DNA of 32,000 bases from positions 2,970,001-3,002,000 of the forward strand of contig NC_010546.1 in NCBI RefSeq assembly GCF_000017845.1, written 5' to 3'. The notes beneath the pieces are model-generated. The model was not told the DNA's origin and did no database searches. It was given only the letters and a program-made list of their open reading frames with translations. Positions within the stretch are counted from its first letter, which is position 1. The number at the start of each line of letters is the position of its first letter. Source of the stretch: Crocosphaera subtropica ATCC 51142. GTDB lineage: Bacteria > Cyanobacteriota > Cyanobacteriia > Cyanobacteriales > Microcystaceae. This document shows positions 17,796-26,986 of the stretch, one piece after another. The translations under genes were made by a program, and so were the position numbers.

Positions 17796-19366
17796 TATCT
17801 ACCTTGGTTAATCACTTCAACACTCGCCCCGTCCACCAGTCGGTTGTGTCCTTCCGTGACCACTAACTCCCCAGGTGTTACCCCTGTGATAATTCCCTGT
17901 TGGGTAATGCCTGTAATGCCTAATTCTACCTCTCGCTGCTCGACAATATTTTCTGCTTCGTTCACCACGAATACATAAGGAATGCGATCGCGTCGTACAA
18001 TGGCATCGATGGGAACAGTGACAGCGTTGGGGTTTTCCGACACAGCGATCCAAGTTAACACCTGTTCTCCATGTCGTAGGGTTTCGGTGGTGCTTGGATT
18101 AAGACGAATGGTGGCTTCTATGGCTCGTCCCCCCGGACTAATGGCAGGGTTAACGGCAAAGACTTCACCCCTAGCGCGAGCGTTAGTAATTAAGGTCTGT
18201 TGAGATGTAGCCGCAGTATTGACTTGGGTTTCTGAGGCAATCACAGCGTTTTGACCGGCTTCCACTTGTTCCCCTGTAGGCCCGGCTAAATCTACCATGA
18301 CCTCGTATTGACTCGGATCAATAATAACCATGGGAATACGTTCTAAAATCCCTTGATAATCTCCCCCGAGTTGAGAGGTAACGATTTGTGGAGAGAAATA
18401 TTCTCCTTCTGAAATATTGAGATAGGCAATAATGCCATTAAAAGGTGCATAAATACTGGCTCCTTCTAAAGCTACCTCTGCTTGAGATAATCGGGCTTCG
18501 GCTGTGGTAATGGCGGAGGTTTGGGCTTCTACCTGTTGTTGGGCTGCTTGTACTTGAGCTTGGGCTGCTTCTACTTGTTGCTGGGCTGACTGCACTCCTG
18601 CTTGAGCCGACTGAACCCCTGCTTGAGCATCTTCTAAGGTGTTTTGACGTTCATCAAATTCGATTTCAGCCACTGCACCCTCTTCTACGAGGGTTCGATA
18701 CCGTTCTAAACTGGTTGCTGCTAATCTTCGGGCTGCTTGAGCATTTTGTAGTTGGGCTTGGGCTTCTTGTACTTGCGATCGCGCTTGAGCAACCTGGGCG
18801 CGAGCTTGAGCTACGTCTGCAGTGGCGGCCGCCCTGTTTTGTCGGGCTTCGGCGATCGCAGCTTGGGCTTGGGTGACATCTGCGGTGAGTTCGCGATCAT
18901 CAATGCGAGCTAATAATTGTCCTTTTGTTACGCGATCGCCTTCTCGCAGTCTTCTACCGTCTTGGTTAGCCAGATAGGTAACATCCCCTTCTGTGTCAAA
19001 GGTAAGATGTTGATAGTCTACGGCTCTAACACTGCCTTCACTGGAGATCCAAGCCCGGAGGGGTTCCCGTGTCGCGGTGGCAACCTGTACTGAAAGGGAA
19101 ACTGTTTCGGTGACAGTGACAGGCTGATCATTGTCTCGAAGACGAATAACTGTGACTCCCCCTAGGACGAATAATAAACCAAATACTGGCAATAACCACC
19201 ATAGTTTTTTAATATTTCTTTTCTGCTCTTTTTTATCAGAGCTTTTCGGAGTTTCTTTGTATTCTGAGGGTAGATTTTTGTCTAGAAATTGCTCAGTATC
19301 ATTAGATTTTTGGGGTCTTGATGGAGGGATATTTGAGGGCAAAGGATTGTGAGTCTGATGATTCAT
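17795..19366 (-). CDS. efflux RND periplasmic adaptor (membrane fusion protein, HlyD family) with long Ala/Gln coiled coil
   Basis: It has an N-terminal anchor (LWWLLPVFGLLFVLGGVTVI) and lipoyl-like and beta-barrel segments. A long coiled coil carries near-tandem heptads (AQAGVQS AQAGVQS AQQQVEA AQAQVQA AQQQVEA). It is translationally coupled to the RND gene. Confidence 0.9.
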   Translation of the reverse strand: MNHQTHNPLPSNIPPSRPQKSNDTEQFLDKNLPSEYKETPKSSDKKEQKRNIKKLWWLLPVFGLLFVLGGVTVIRLRDNDQPVTVTETVSLSVQVATATREPLRAWISSEGSVRAVDYQHLTFDTEGDVTYLANQDGRRLREGDRVTKGQLLARIDDRELTADVTQAQAAIAEARQNRAAATADVAQARAQVAQARSQVQEAQAQLQNAQAARRLAATSLERYRTLVEEGAVAEIEFDERQNTLEDAQAGVQSAQAGVQSAQQQVEAAQAQVQAAQQQVEAQTSAITTAEARLSQAEVALEGASIYAPFNGIIAYLNISEGEYFSPQIVTSQLGGDYQGILERIPMVIIDPSQYEVMVDLAGPTGEQVEAGQNAVIASETQVNTAATSQQTLITNARARGEVFAVNPAISPGGRAIEATIRLNPSTTETLRHGEQVLTWIAVSENPNAVTVPIDAIVRRDRIPYVFVVNEAENIVEQREVELGITGITQQGIITGVTPGELVVTEGHNRLVDGASVEVINQGR

Positions 19367-19513
19367 AAAATAAGCTATATAAAATGTCTAGCTAGTATAA
19401 ATAAATTAGATAAATATAAGGATTTAGCAATTAATTTAATTGTCATAATTTTGTATAAGCTTCAACATCCCCTATTAGACAGACTTTGACACTTTTGCTA
19501 TTCAAAAACAACA

Positions 19514-19797
19514 ACGCAACGGAATTAAAAAATCTCTAACAATTCATGGTTTCCCCCAGGGTTCCAAACCAGCAATATAGCACTATGGGTTATGGTTAAC
19601 CTGAGTTCGACGGAAGAGAATCTAGGGAAAACTGACACCCAACAAGAAGTCTCATACCAAATCCGCTTATTTTAGTAGAGTAACTTTTTTCTCCCTTCTC
19701 CCTGCTCCCTGCTTCGAGACTTGATACTATACTATCTAAAGCGGATCTCTTATCAAACCCTGATTCCCTCCTTAAAAAAATTCTAACTCCGTTGCGT
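19514..19797. repeat. about 284-bp element bounded by imperfect terminal inverted repeats (MITE-like candidate)
   Basis: The left end is ACGCAACGGAaTTAaAA (19514-). The reverse complement of the right end is ACGCAACGGAgTTAgAA (-19797). There are 10 perfect terminal bp and about 20/27 matches overall. The interior has no credible ORF. Confidence 0.3.
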
Positions 19798-20044
19798 AGC
19801 ACGACGTAGTCGCACTCCGAACTCCTAAAACCGAACTCACGTTGTTAATAATAGAGAATTAGTATAATTTTTGTACTGCTACGGTGTAGGATGATATATT
19901 TTTGCTTCGACAAAAATTTTGCTTCTTTATTATGATTATGGCTGCCAAAACTGATGAAATTGGCTAAAGCTGACCCTAAAAAGGTTGTTTTTTTCTACAT
20001 TGAACACACCTCAACCACATCAATAGATTAGAGTCAGGTTGTGT

Positions 20045-20929
20045 TTAAAGAGTCCCTTTAAAGATGCCTTGAGGACGAATCAAAAGAATTAAAATCATAA
20101 TTAATAAAGCTACTCCTAATTTATAATCAGGTCCCAACCAAGGTACACTCAGTTCTTGAGCAACTCCAATAACTAAGCCTCCAGCGATCGCACCATAAGG
20201 GTTGCCAATACCGCCTAAAATCACAGAGGCAAACATGGGTAAAATTAAAAACCATCCCATATTAGGTCGTACGGTACTGGTAATTAATCCCAACATGACA
20301 CCGCCCAAGGTGGTTAAAATGGCTGTAATTACCCAAGTCCAGAGGACAACTTGTTCAACATTAATTCCTGAAACCCTAGCTAAATCAATATTATCGGCTA
20401 CAGCTCGCATGGCCTTACCAATTTTTGTGTTTTGTAACACTAAATGTAAAATGGCGATGGCTACAATTGATAAAATAATCGCCCAAATTCTGTCGGTGGC
20501 TAACTGTAACCCAAAAAGTTTTTGTGCTTGAACCAAGGGAATATCATACCGTTGATTTTTCGCTCCCCAAATCATTAAAATGCCGTTACGCAAAAATAAG
20601 GCTAAGCCAATAGAGATAATAATTAGGGTGGTTGAAGTTGCTCTGCGATCGCGCATGGGTTTCCATAATAAATATTCTGAAACTAACATAGCCAAAACGG
20701 TTCCCATCGCACCGATAATCACCGATAAGCCTAAATTTAGGCCTTGAGTGTTGGCTAACCAAGTTAAATAGGCTCCCAAGGTCATAAAATCTCCGTGAGC
20801 GAAGTTAGAAAGCCGTAAAATACCATACGTCAAGGTTAACCCCACCGCAGCGAGAGCAATGACACTGCCAATGGCTAAGCCATCAAATAAGTTTTGTGCT
20901 GTCCTTAAAATTAGTTCTGAGGTTTCCAT
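20045..20929 (-). CDS. branched-chain/neutral amino-acid ABC transporter permease (LivH family)
   Basis: 294 aa polytopic protein. SNFAHGDFMTLGAYL and GNPYGAIAGGLVIGVAQEL are typical LivH-type motifs. No partner genes are adjacent. Confidence 0.9.
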   Translation of the reverse strand: METSELILRTAQNLFDGLAIGSVIALAAVGLTLTYGILRLSNFAHGDFMTLGAYLTWLANTQGLNLGLSVIIGAMGTVLAMLVSEYLLWKPMRDRRATSTTLIIISIGLALFLRNGILMIWGAKNQRYDIPLVQAQKLFGLQLATDRIWAIILSIVAIAILHLVLQNTKIGKAMRAVADNIDLARVSGINVEQVVLWTWVITAILTTLGGVMLGLITSTVRPNMGWFLILPMFASVILGGIGNPYGAIAGGLVIGVAQELSVPWLGPDYKLGVALLIMILILLIRPQGIFKGTL

Positions 20930-21082
20930 GCTCCAAAATTGTTGTATCCTGCCTGTCTCAATGAAGATACACCATCTTGAGAAAGTTTGCTTACTTAAAT
21001 GGGGTAAATGGGGTGTTGAGATAAGTTATCTCTAATTCCCTCTCGTTGCACTCACGACAACTCATGGAACAAAATTAAGCGA

Positions 21083-21156
21083 TCGGGATGGCAGGATTTG
21101 AACCTACGACATCCTGCTCCCAAAGCAGGCGCGCTACCAAGCTGCGCTACATCCCG
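21083..21156 (-). tRNA. trnP: tRNA-Pro (anticodon UGG)
   Basis: The minus strand reads CGGGATG TA GCGC AGCTTGGTA GCGC G CCTGC TTTGGGA GCAGG ATGTC GTAGG TTCAAAT CCTGC CATCCCG A. This gives a full 74-nt cloverleaf. CCA is not encoded. Confidence 0.9.
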
Positions 21157-21190
21157 TAACGTTGCTTACCCATTATAACTCAAACTGTCC

Positions 21191-21715
21191 CTAATCAGGA
21201 TACCAAAACATCCCTTTAATTCCTTCTGGGTCTAGTACAAACCCCAAACGACGGTAAAAGTCCACCACTTGGGGATCGGCAAAGAGGGTAATATTACTAA
21301 TATCTTCGCTTCTTAATTGACGAATCATATACTTCATCATCCCTTTTCCCAGTCCTTTACTTTGGAACCTCGGATGTATAACCACATCCCATATAGTGGC
21401 ATTAAAGGCGTGATCCGACGTAGCGCGAGCAAACCCAATTAAACGCTTCCGGTTTCCTTTTACTTCCCATGCTGACACTACCATAAAACTATAGGTGAGT
21501 GCGCGTTTAACTTTCCTCAGAGGACGACGAGCCCATCCTACCGCATCGCATAATTCTTCAAGTTCATAGAGATCGATTTCTCTTTCTCTGGTGAAAAAAA
21601 TACGCGTTTGACCGTCAGTGTGGCCTTTTAAGTTGACCGGCTCCCCTTTAAACTGGGACTTTTGGTCTGTGTTTGATATATCTGTATTATTAAACAATCG
21701 TTTCCAAAAAACCAT
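21191..21715 (-). CDS. GNAT-family N-acetyltransferase (Ycf52/NSI-like)
   Basis: The acetyl-CoA motif is [19 protein letters not shown] (Q/RxxGxG/A). The C-terminal part reads [15 protein letters not shown]. Confidence 0.85.
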   Translation of the reverse strand: MVFWKRLFNNTDISNTDQKSQFKGEPVNLKGHTDGQTRIFFTREREIDLYELEELCDAVGWARRPLRKVKRALTYSFMVVSAWEVKGNRKRLIGFARATSDHAFNATIWDVVIHPRFQSKGLGKGMMKYMIRQLRSEDISNITLFADPQVVDFYRRLGFVLDPEGIKGMFWYPD

Positions 21716-21895
21716 TAGATTGAAAGAGACAACCCCTATTTAGTTAAGTATTGTCGCATAAAAATGAGCAAAGAGTAGGGAGCATATTATTTTTGCACAA
21801 CAATTATCTTTTAATATTGACGGGGAGGGGGGAGACGGGGTTAAATTCATAGGACAACTATGATAAATAAAGGACAATTTTAAAAAGATAAACAA

Positions 21896-22360
21896 ATGGC
21901 AGTCAATCGTATTAGAATTGGTAAAGATAAAGGAGAATTAGTACAGTCTTTGGTGGATTTCAATGGAGGAGTTGGACCTTTTCAAACTTATGCTGATGTG
22001 ATCACCTTTGCAGCAACATTAGGGGCAAAGTACAACAAACGCATTCCTCTGAATATAATTTCAAAAGAACCGGCACCCATTAGCTTAGAAATCTTTGTTT
22101 CTAGGGGGTACGATGCCGTGATAAAATTATTGGCAATTACTGAAACTAATGATCCTCATATTCTCTCTCTTTATGACACCGAAGCAGAAAACCAAAGAAT
22201 TCAAATCTTTGAAGAATACGCCAATGGTGGCCTTGAACAATTACAAGAAGAATTAAAAGGCATTGTAGATTATTCAGAGCATTTATTATTATTGTTGAAT
22301 TTAGAAAGATTCCCCAATAATACCACAGAAGAGGAATTTGATTTAACTCGATTTCTTTGA
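21896..22360 (+). CDS. small conserved protein resembling the family annotated 'dnd system-associated protein 4' (assignment from memory, unverified)
   Basis: 154-aa ORF. Segments GPFQTYADVITFAATLGA, PISLEIFVSRGYDAVIKLLAI, QIFEEYANGGLE and the C-terminal DLTRFL match my recollection of that family. The ORF itself is well supported by length and composition. Confidence 0.5.
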   Translation: MAVNRIRIGKDKGELVQSLVDFNGGVGPFQTYADVITFAATLGAKYNKRIPLNIISKEPAPISLEIFVSRGYDAVIKLLAITETNDPHILSLYDTEAENQRIQIFEEYANGGLEQLQEELKGIVDYSEHLLLLLNLERFPNNTTEEEFDLTRFL

Positions 22361-22453
22361 AAAATGGACTTTATTTTTTGATGATTATTCTTCTATTTTG
22401 ATGATCAATAATCAGAGTATTTGTTGTATTTAATAATTATTTTAAGAAAAATA

Positions 22454-23020
22454 ATGAATCCCAAAGAGAACAAAAAAGAATTGAGACAAAAAATAATAAA
22501 AAAACGAGAGAAATTATCAAAAATAGATTGGATGAATAAGAGCAATAAACTGTGTGAAAATCTACAAAATTATCCTTTATTGCAAAAATCTAAAACGATT
22601 CTAGCTTACTTTTCAGTTCGCCAAGAACCTAATTTAATTTCCCTATTTTCAACTGACTATAATTGGGGGTTTCCTCGCTGTGTAAAAAAGTCTTTAATCT
22701 GGCATTCTTGGCGCAGAGAAGATCCGCTTATACCTGGGAAATATGGCATTTTAGAACCGGCTGCGAATGCGCCTATTTTAACCCCTGAAAAAGTTGATTT
22801 AATCCTTGTTCCTGCTGTGGCTTGTGATTACAATGGTTATCGCTTAGGCTATGGTGGAGGTTTCTATGATCGCTTCTTAAATTCTCCTCAATGGCATTCT
22901 ATTCCTACGATTGGCATTATCTTTGAATTTGCCCTATTACCTCAACTTCCTTACGAACCTTGGGATCAGAAATTACAAGCAATTTGTACAGAAAATGAAA
23001 TCATAAGCATATCTACTTAA
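22454..23020 (+). CDS. 5-formyltetrahydrofolate cyclo-ligase (MTHFS family)
   Basis: The motifs are ILAYFSVRQEP and LILVPAVACDYNGYRLGYGGGFYDRFL. I prefer the ATG at 22454 over the TTG at 22421 given by the track. Confidence 0.8.
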   Translation: MNPKENKKELRQKIIKKREKLSKIDWMNKSNKLCENLQNYPLLQKSKTILAYFSVRQEPNLISLFSTDYNWGFPRCVKKSLIWHSWRREDPLIPGKYGILEPAANAPILTPEKVDLILVPAVACDYNGYRLGYGGGFYDRFLNSPQWHSIPTIGIIFEFALLPQLPYEPWDQKLQAICTENEIISIST

Positions 23021-23170
23021 GCTTATCTATTAAGATTTATGAAGTTGCTTAGCAACTCAGAATGGTTTTGTTAATATGAATGATAACTATTCTTAAACTG
23101 TAGATTAACGGGTAAAAAATAGATTAATTTATACAGAAATTAGTAGTAAATCGAGGGATCTAAAAAAATT

Positions 23171-23491
23171 ATGAAACATTTTAGAGATGAATGGATACAA
23201 GAATGGTGTGAAGAAAATGGATGGACAGATTTATTTAGGGAACGTTACAATCATTATTGGGCATTTCCTCCAGGTGCAGTGATGCCTGAACCCATTCCCT
23301 CTGAAGTATTACGATTCATTAAAGCAACAAAAGGCTTTTGCGCGGAAGAAAGAACCTGGTTAATTTCAGCTATTTTAGTCTCAATTATATCCGTTGTGTT
23401 GAGTTATTTCTTCAAAAATCCTATGCCCATTGTCTTTGCTTTTGCTTTTGCTGCTGTTACTTCGGCTAAGTTAGAAGTCGAAGAGATTTAA
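23171..23491 (+). CDS. hypothetical protein with C-terminal TM segments (106 aa)
   Basis: Track ORF with a Trp-rich soluble N-terminus followed by two hydrophobic segments. No family recognised. Confidence 0.55.
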   Translation: MKHFRDEWIQEWCEENGWTDLFRERYNHYWAFPPGAVMPEPIPSEVLRFIKATKGFCAEERTWLISAILVSIISVVLSYFFKNPMPIVFAFAFAAVTSAKLEVEEI

Positions 23492-23537
23492 AAATAATTA
23501 ATTATCTTAAATTATTCTCAAAATTCCTAACTACATA

Positions 23538-25103
23538 CTAAGGTCTATCAGAGTCAAAATATTGTTGTAGATTAGACTTATTTTGTTCTCTATCAGACTC
23601 AAAATATTTCTGAATATTCTGTTTATTCTCCTCTTCTTTAGGCGGTTTCTCTTCAGCAGGTTTAGGAGGAATATGGGGGATCACTAAAGAAGGTTCTGAA
23701 CCCTCTTGGTTAGTAGGTTCTTTGGGTTCTGACACTTGGGGAGGTGGTTCAACTGGAATAGGAACAACTTTAGTGGGTTCTGGAATAGGGGTTGAAGTCG
23801 GAGAAGGGGAAGCTTTTGGAGTAGGGGAAGGTTGTACGGTTGAGTTAGGAGAAGGTTCTAGAGTTGGGGTAGGAGTTGCTTCTAGTGTGGGGGAAGGTTC
23901 TAAAGTTGGGGTAGGAGTCGCTTCTAAAGTAGGAGATGACTGCGATCCTGGAGAACGCCTAACTGGTCGCCGAAGTGTCGGTCTGGGCTGGGAAAACTCT
24001 GGTTGAGAATTTTCTGGAACTTCTGGAGACTCAGGTGAAACCGAAGGGGAAGAAGTCGGTTGCGATCGCTCTTTCGTCCCTAACATGATCCCTAACATTA
24101 ACCCTCCAATGATAGCACTGGCTGCCAAAAATGAACCTAAGGCTAACAAGGCCCAAGGGGTGTCTGTCTCTGTTTCTGTTGCTTCTGCTGGTAAGTTGGT
24201 AGGGATGGGAGTGTGGGTAGAACTTCTAGATAGAGATAAATTTTGTTGTCCAATGGCTATGGTAGCTGCCGTGGGAATAGTATGGGGAACCTGCAAAGCC
24301 TCTAACATTTCTTTAGCAGTAGAAAAGCGATCGCGAGGATGAAAACGAACCGCGCGATCAATGACGTTTCCCACATTAGACTGAATATCTGGGGCTTCTT
24401 TTCGCCATAACACCTCCCCAGTATTGGGATCAGTGGCTAAATATTGGGGGGTTTTTCCTGTGAGTAAAAACACCATGGTCAGTCCCAAACTATACAAGTC
24501 ACTTGAATTTAGAGGACGACCGGCTGCTTGTTCGGAAGCCATGTAACCAGGGGTTCCCAGTCCGACAGAATAAGGCGTATTCCCATCCCCATGAATCATG
24601 GTAGCGACCGTTTCTTTAACAATACCAAAATCAATTAAAACAGGTTTTTTATCGTGACTGCGAATAATAATGTTATCTGGTTTAATATCACGGTGAATAA
24701 TACGACGACTGTGGATATAGTCAAGAACGGGTAAAATACCTATTAATATCTCTCTAACTTGATTAGGTGACAAATTGCCTTGTCGTTGATGAATTTGGGT
24801 TAAGGTTTCTCCTTCGATCCATTCTTGTACTAAATAAAAATCTCCTCCTTCGGAAAAATAAGCGTATAATGTGGGAATTTGAGGATGTTTTTCCCCTAAT
24901 TCTTCCAAAATAGCTGCTTCTTTGGCAAATCGTTCCTTTAACCAATCAGGAATAACAGGAGACTGAACCGCCGGTTTCAGTTGTTTGATCACACATTTTC
25001 TTTCTGAGGGCATATGGGTGTCAATGGCGAGAAATGTCTCCCCAAACCCCCCTTTTCCCAAGGTTTCAATGACTTGATAACGATTATTTAGTAATAATGA
25101 CAC
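23538..25103 (-). CDS. Hanks-type Ser/Thr protein kinase with TM segment and Pro/Thr/Ser-rich repetitive C-terminal region
   Basis: Kinase motifs are GKGGFGETF, VIKQL, HRDIKPDNI, DFG and GTPGYMASEQ. A TM segment (WALLALGSFLAASAIIGGLMLGIML) follows. The tail is proline-rich with TLEATPTPTLEPSP x2. Confidence 0.9.
   Translation of the reverse strand: MSLLLNNRYQVIETLGKGGFGETFLAIDTHMPSERKCVIKQLKPAVQSPVIPDWLKERFAKEAAILEELGEKHPQIPTLYAYFSEGGDFYLVQEWIEGETLTQIHQRQGNLSPNQVREILIGILPVLDYIHSRRIIHRDIKPDNIIIRSHDKKPVLIDFGIVKETVATMIHGDGNTPYSVGLGTPGYMASEQAAGRPLNSSDLYSLGLTMVFLLTGKTPQYLATDPNTGEVLWRKEAPDIQSNVGNVIDRAVRFHPRDRFSTAKEMLEALQVPHTIPTAATIAIGQQNLSLSRSSTHTPIPTNLPAEATETETDTPWALLALGSFLAASAIIGGLMLGIMLGTKERSQPTSSPSVSPESPEVPENSQPEFSQPRPTLRRPVRRSPGSQSSPTLEATPTPTLEPSPTLEATPTPTLEPSPNSTVQPSPTPKASPSPTSTPIPEPTKVVPIPVEPPPQVSEPKEPTNQEGSEPSLVIPHIPPKPAEEKPPKEEENKQNIQKYFESDREQNKSNLQQYFDSDRP
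23851..23934. repeat. 42-bp tandem duplication (2 copies, about 88% identical) inside the kinase tail
   Basis: Unit 1 is gaaggttctagagttggggtaggagttgcttctagtgtgggg. Unit 2 is gaaggttctaaagttggggtaggagtcgcttctaaagtagga. Each encodes TLEATPTPTLEPSP on the minus strand. Confidence 0.7.
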
Positions 25104-25427
25104 GGTACCCCCTTTATTGCCCTAGTCAGACAATCAAGCTTTATTGTAGCTAATCCTCATCCGTAACTTGAGACTCATTTTCTCAATGTCAGCGAACTAT
25201 TGTTTGCGGTAGTCCCATTAAAAACAGTGATCCTGGTTGAAAATATTAGCATTCTCAACACAAGGGACAATTTCACCGAATAAACTTGCCCACAAATATA
25301 TGATTATTGTTTTACAGCGATTTTCAATTGAGTGGAAAATCTAGAAATCTAACTCCTGCCTCCTGCCTCAAAGCTAAATAGTTTATATTTTATGCAAATG
25401 AAAACTGGTGTTAGTTTTGAGACTCAA

Positions 25428-25586
25428 CTATTTTTTAGCAATCACCCAAACGGCGTGAACAATACCAGGAATATAACCCAATAACGTTAACAAAATATTG
25501 ATCCAGAACTGGGGTCCAATACCCACTTGTAGAAAAACACCCAGTGGAGGAAGGATAATGGCACAAATAATCCGAACGACATCCAT
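25428..25586 (-). CDS. Pmp3/YqaE (UPF0057) family small hydrophobic membrane protein
   Basis: MDVVRIICAIILPPLGVFLQVG....INILLTLLGYIPGIVHAVWVI is the classic two-TM Pmp3 pattern. I prefer the internal ATG (52 aa) over the track start at 25610. Confidence 0.8.
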   Translation of the reverse strand: MDVVRIICAIILPPLGVFLQVGIGPQFWINILLTLLGYIPGIVHAVWVIAKK

Positions 25587-25777
25587 ATTTTTTCTTAGGT
25601 ATATATACACTTGTGATTATTCATGAAACCAATTAGCTTGTCAAGATCATAATGTTAACTCTTTACTAGGGAAAAATTGTAATTTCAATAACAAATCATC
25701 AGTGATTTTCCTAATTGCCACATAAAAAATGAGTGTAGATAATTGGATTATCTCCAATAATAATAATAATATTGATT

Positions 25778-26116
25778 ATGTCCTATTCACTATCTCCTCA
25801 AGAAAAGTCCAATACAACTTTATTTTCTTTATGTAATCAACGGAAACATCAACGGTATTATAATAGTCAAGGATCTTCGGTTGAACTACTGATTGATGGG
25901 CAAGAGATCAAACAATCTTTAAAAGGAATGATTATTGATGATTCTTTTAGTGGTTGTGGGTTAATTATTATCGGTGAGGAAAAGTTACATATTGGTCAAT
26001 TATGTCGTTTAAGAATAAAGGGTATTGATTCCATTTTATGTCAAATTATTTGGTTAAGAAGATTAGAAAAATCCATTACTAGGATAGGCGTTAAATATTT
26101 GATTAAATCCGAGTAA
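25778..26116 (+). CDS. stand-alone PilZ-domain protein (putative c-di-GMP receptor)
   Basis: It has an RxxxR motif (QRKHQRY) and D-x-S-x-x-G (DDSFSGCG) at the spacing expected for PilZ. The ATG at 25778 lies just inside the TTG-initiated track ORF. Confidence 0.7.
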   Translation: MSYSLSPQEKSNTTLFSLCNQRKHQRYYNSQGSSVELLIDGQEIKQSLKGMIIDDSFSGCGLIIIGEEKLHIGQLCRLRIKGIDSILCQIIWLRRLEKSITRIGVKYLIKSE

Positions 26117-26179
26117 TTATGATTAATTAACTAAACAATAGAAAAGATAAATTTTTGAATATTTAAAATAAGCGAATTG

Positions 26180-26223
26180 AAAAAACTTGATTCATCCCTA
26201 AAGTTCTATAATTTAGGGATGAA
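26180..26223 (-). terminator. rho-independent terminator of the rhomboid gene (12-bp perfect stem), between convergent genes
   Basis: The stem is TTCATCCCTAAA-N9-TTTAGGGATGAA (26191-26223). On the minus strand the hairpin is followed by TCAAGTTTTTT. Confidence 0.65.
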
Positions 26224-26279
26224 TAGCAACATGAGGATCAATGTAATCTCAGAAGGAGAAGGAGATATCCCTATTTACT

Positions 26280-26981
26280 TTAACGATTCTTATCGTCCAA
26301 CAATCCTAATAATGGACCTAAGATAAATCCAAACACAAATCCTCCTGCATGGGCCCAATAAGCCACACCACCGCCTTCCATTCCTACATTAGTTTGAACA
26401 TTTAAACTCGCAAAACCATAAATAGCTTGTTGCAAAAACCAAAATCCTAAAAAGAAGACTGCCGGAATTCTAATCGTTGTAATAAAAATTCCTAGAGGAA
26501 TTAAGGTTAACACTTGCGCTTGGGGAAACCGTAAAATGTAAGCCCCCATCACCCCTGCGATCGCCCCACTAGCCCCCAAAGAAGGAACCTCAGAATAAGG
26601 GGCAAAATACCATTGACTTAAACCAGCTAATACCCCACAAGTGAGATAGAAAATCAAGTATTTAACATGACCTAATTTATCTTCAACGTTATTACCAAAA
26701 ATCCACAAAAACAACATATTGCCTGCAATATGTAAAAAACCTGCGTGAAGAAATTGAGACGTAAATAAGGTCATCCATTCAGGAATGGGATGATAAAAAT
26801 CGACTCCACTAAACCCTGCGGTTAATTGTTTAGGGACAATGGCATAATATTGAAAAAATTGCGATAGTTCCTCCGAACTTAAACTCAGTTCTTTGAAAAA
26901 AACTAAAACGTTAAGAATAATCAATCCATAAGTAACATAAGCTGTTCTTTGTGTGGGATTATTATCATTTAAAGGAACCAT
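26280..26981 (-). CDS. rhomboid-family intramembrane serine protease
   Basis: It has HAGFLHIAGNMLFLWIFGNNVE (HxxxN), GASGAIAGVMGAY (catalytic Ser) and AHAGGFVFG (catalytic His). Confidence 0.9.
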   Translation of the reverse strand: MVPLNDNNPTQRTAYVTYGLIILNVLVFFKELSLSSEELSQFFQYYAIVPKQLTAGFSGVDFYHPIPEWMTLFTSQFLHAGFLHIAGNMLFLWIFGNNVEDKLGHVKYLIFYLTCGVLAGLSQWYFAPYSEVPSLGASGAIAGVMGAYILRFPQAQVLTLIPLGIFITTIRIPAVFFLGFWFLQQAIYGFASLNVQTNVGMEGGGVAYWAHAGGFVFGFILGPLLGLLDDKNR

Positions 26982-26986
26982 ATTTG

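Noticed and set aside
14620-19352. Seven antisense or off-frame ORFs inside the RND and MFP genes (14620-14838, 15166-15480, 16501-16758, 17284-17472, 17817-18053, 17982-18203, 19131-19352)
   Set aside because: These are shadow ORFs within long, well-supported genes. Their translations are low-complexity (Ser/Arg/Ala/Cys-rich) with no RBS.
19596-19802. 68-aa ORF in the spacer upstream of the efflux operon
   Set aside because: It lies inside the inverted-repeat-bounded MITE-like element. It has no ATG-proximal RBS and its sequence is low-complexity.
21822-21840. G-run GGGGAGGGGGGAGACGGGG in the GNAT / dnd4-like divergent spacer as a G-quadruplex
   Set aside because: Only three G-tracts of 3 or more separated by loops can be drawn, and a fourth tract is missing. 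It is more likely incidental.
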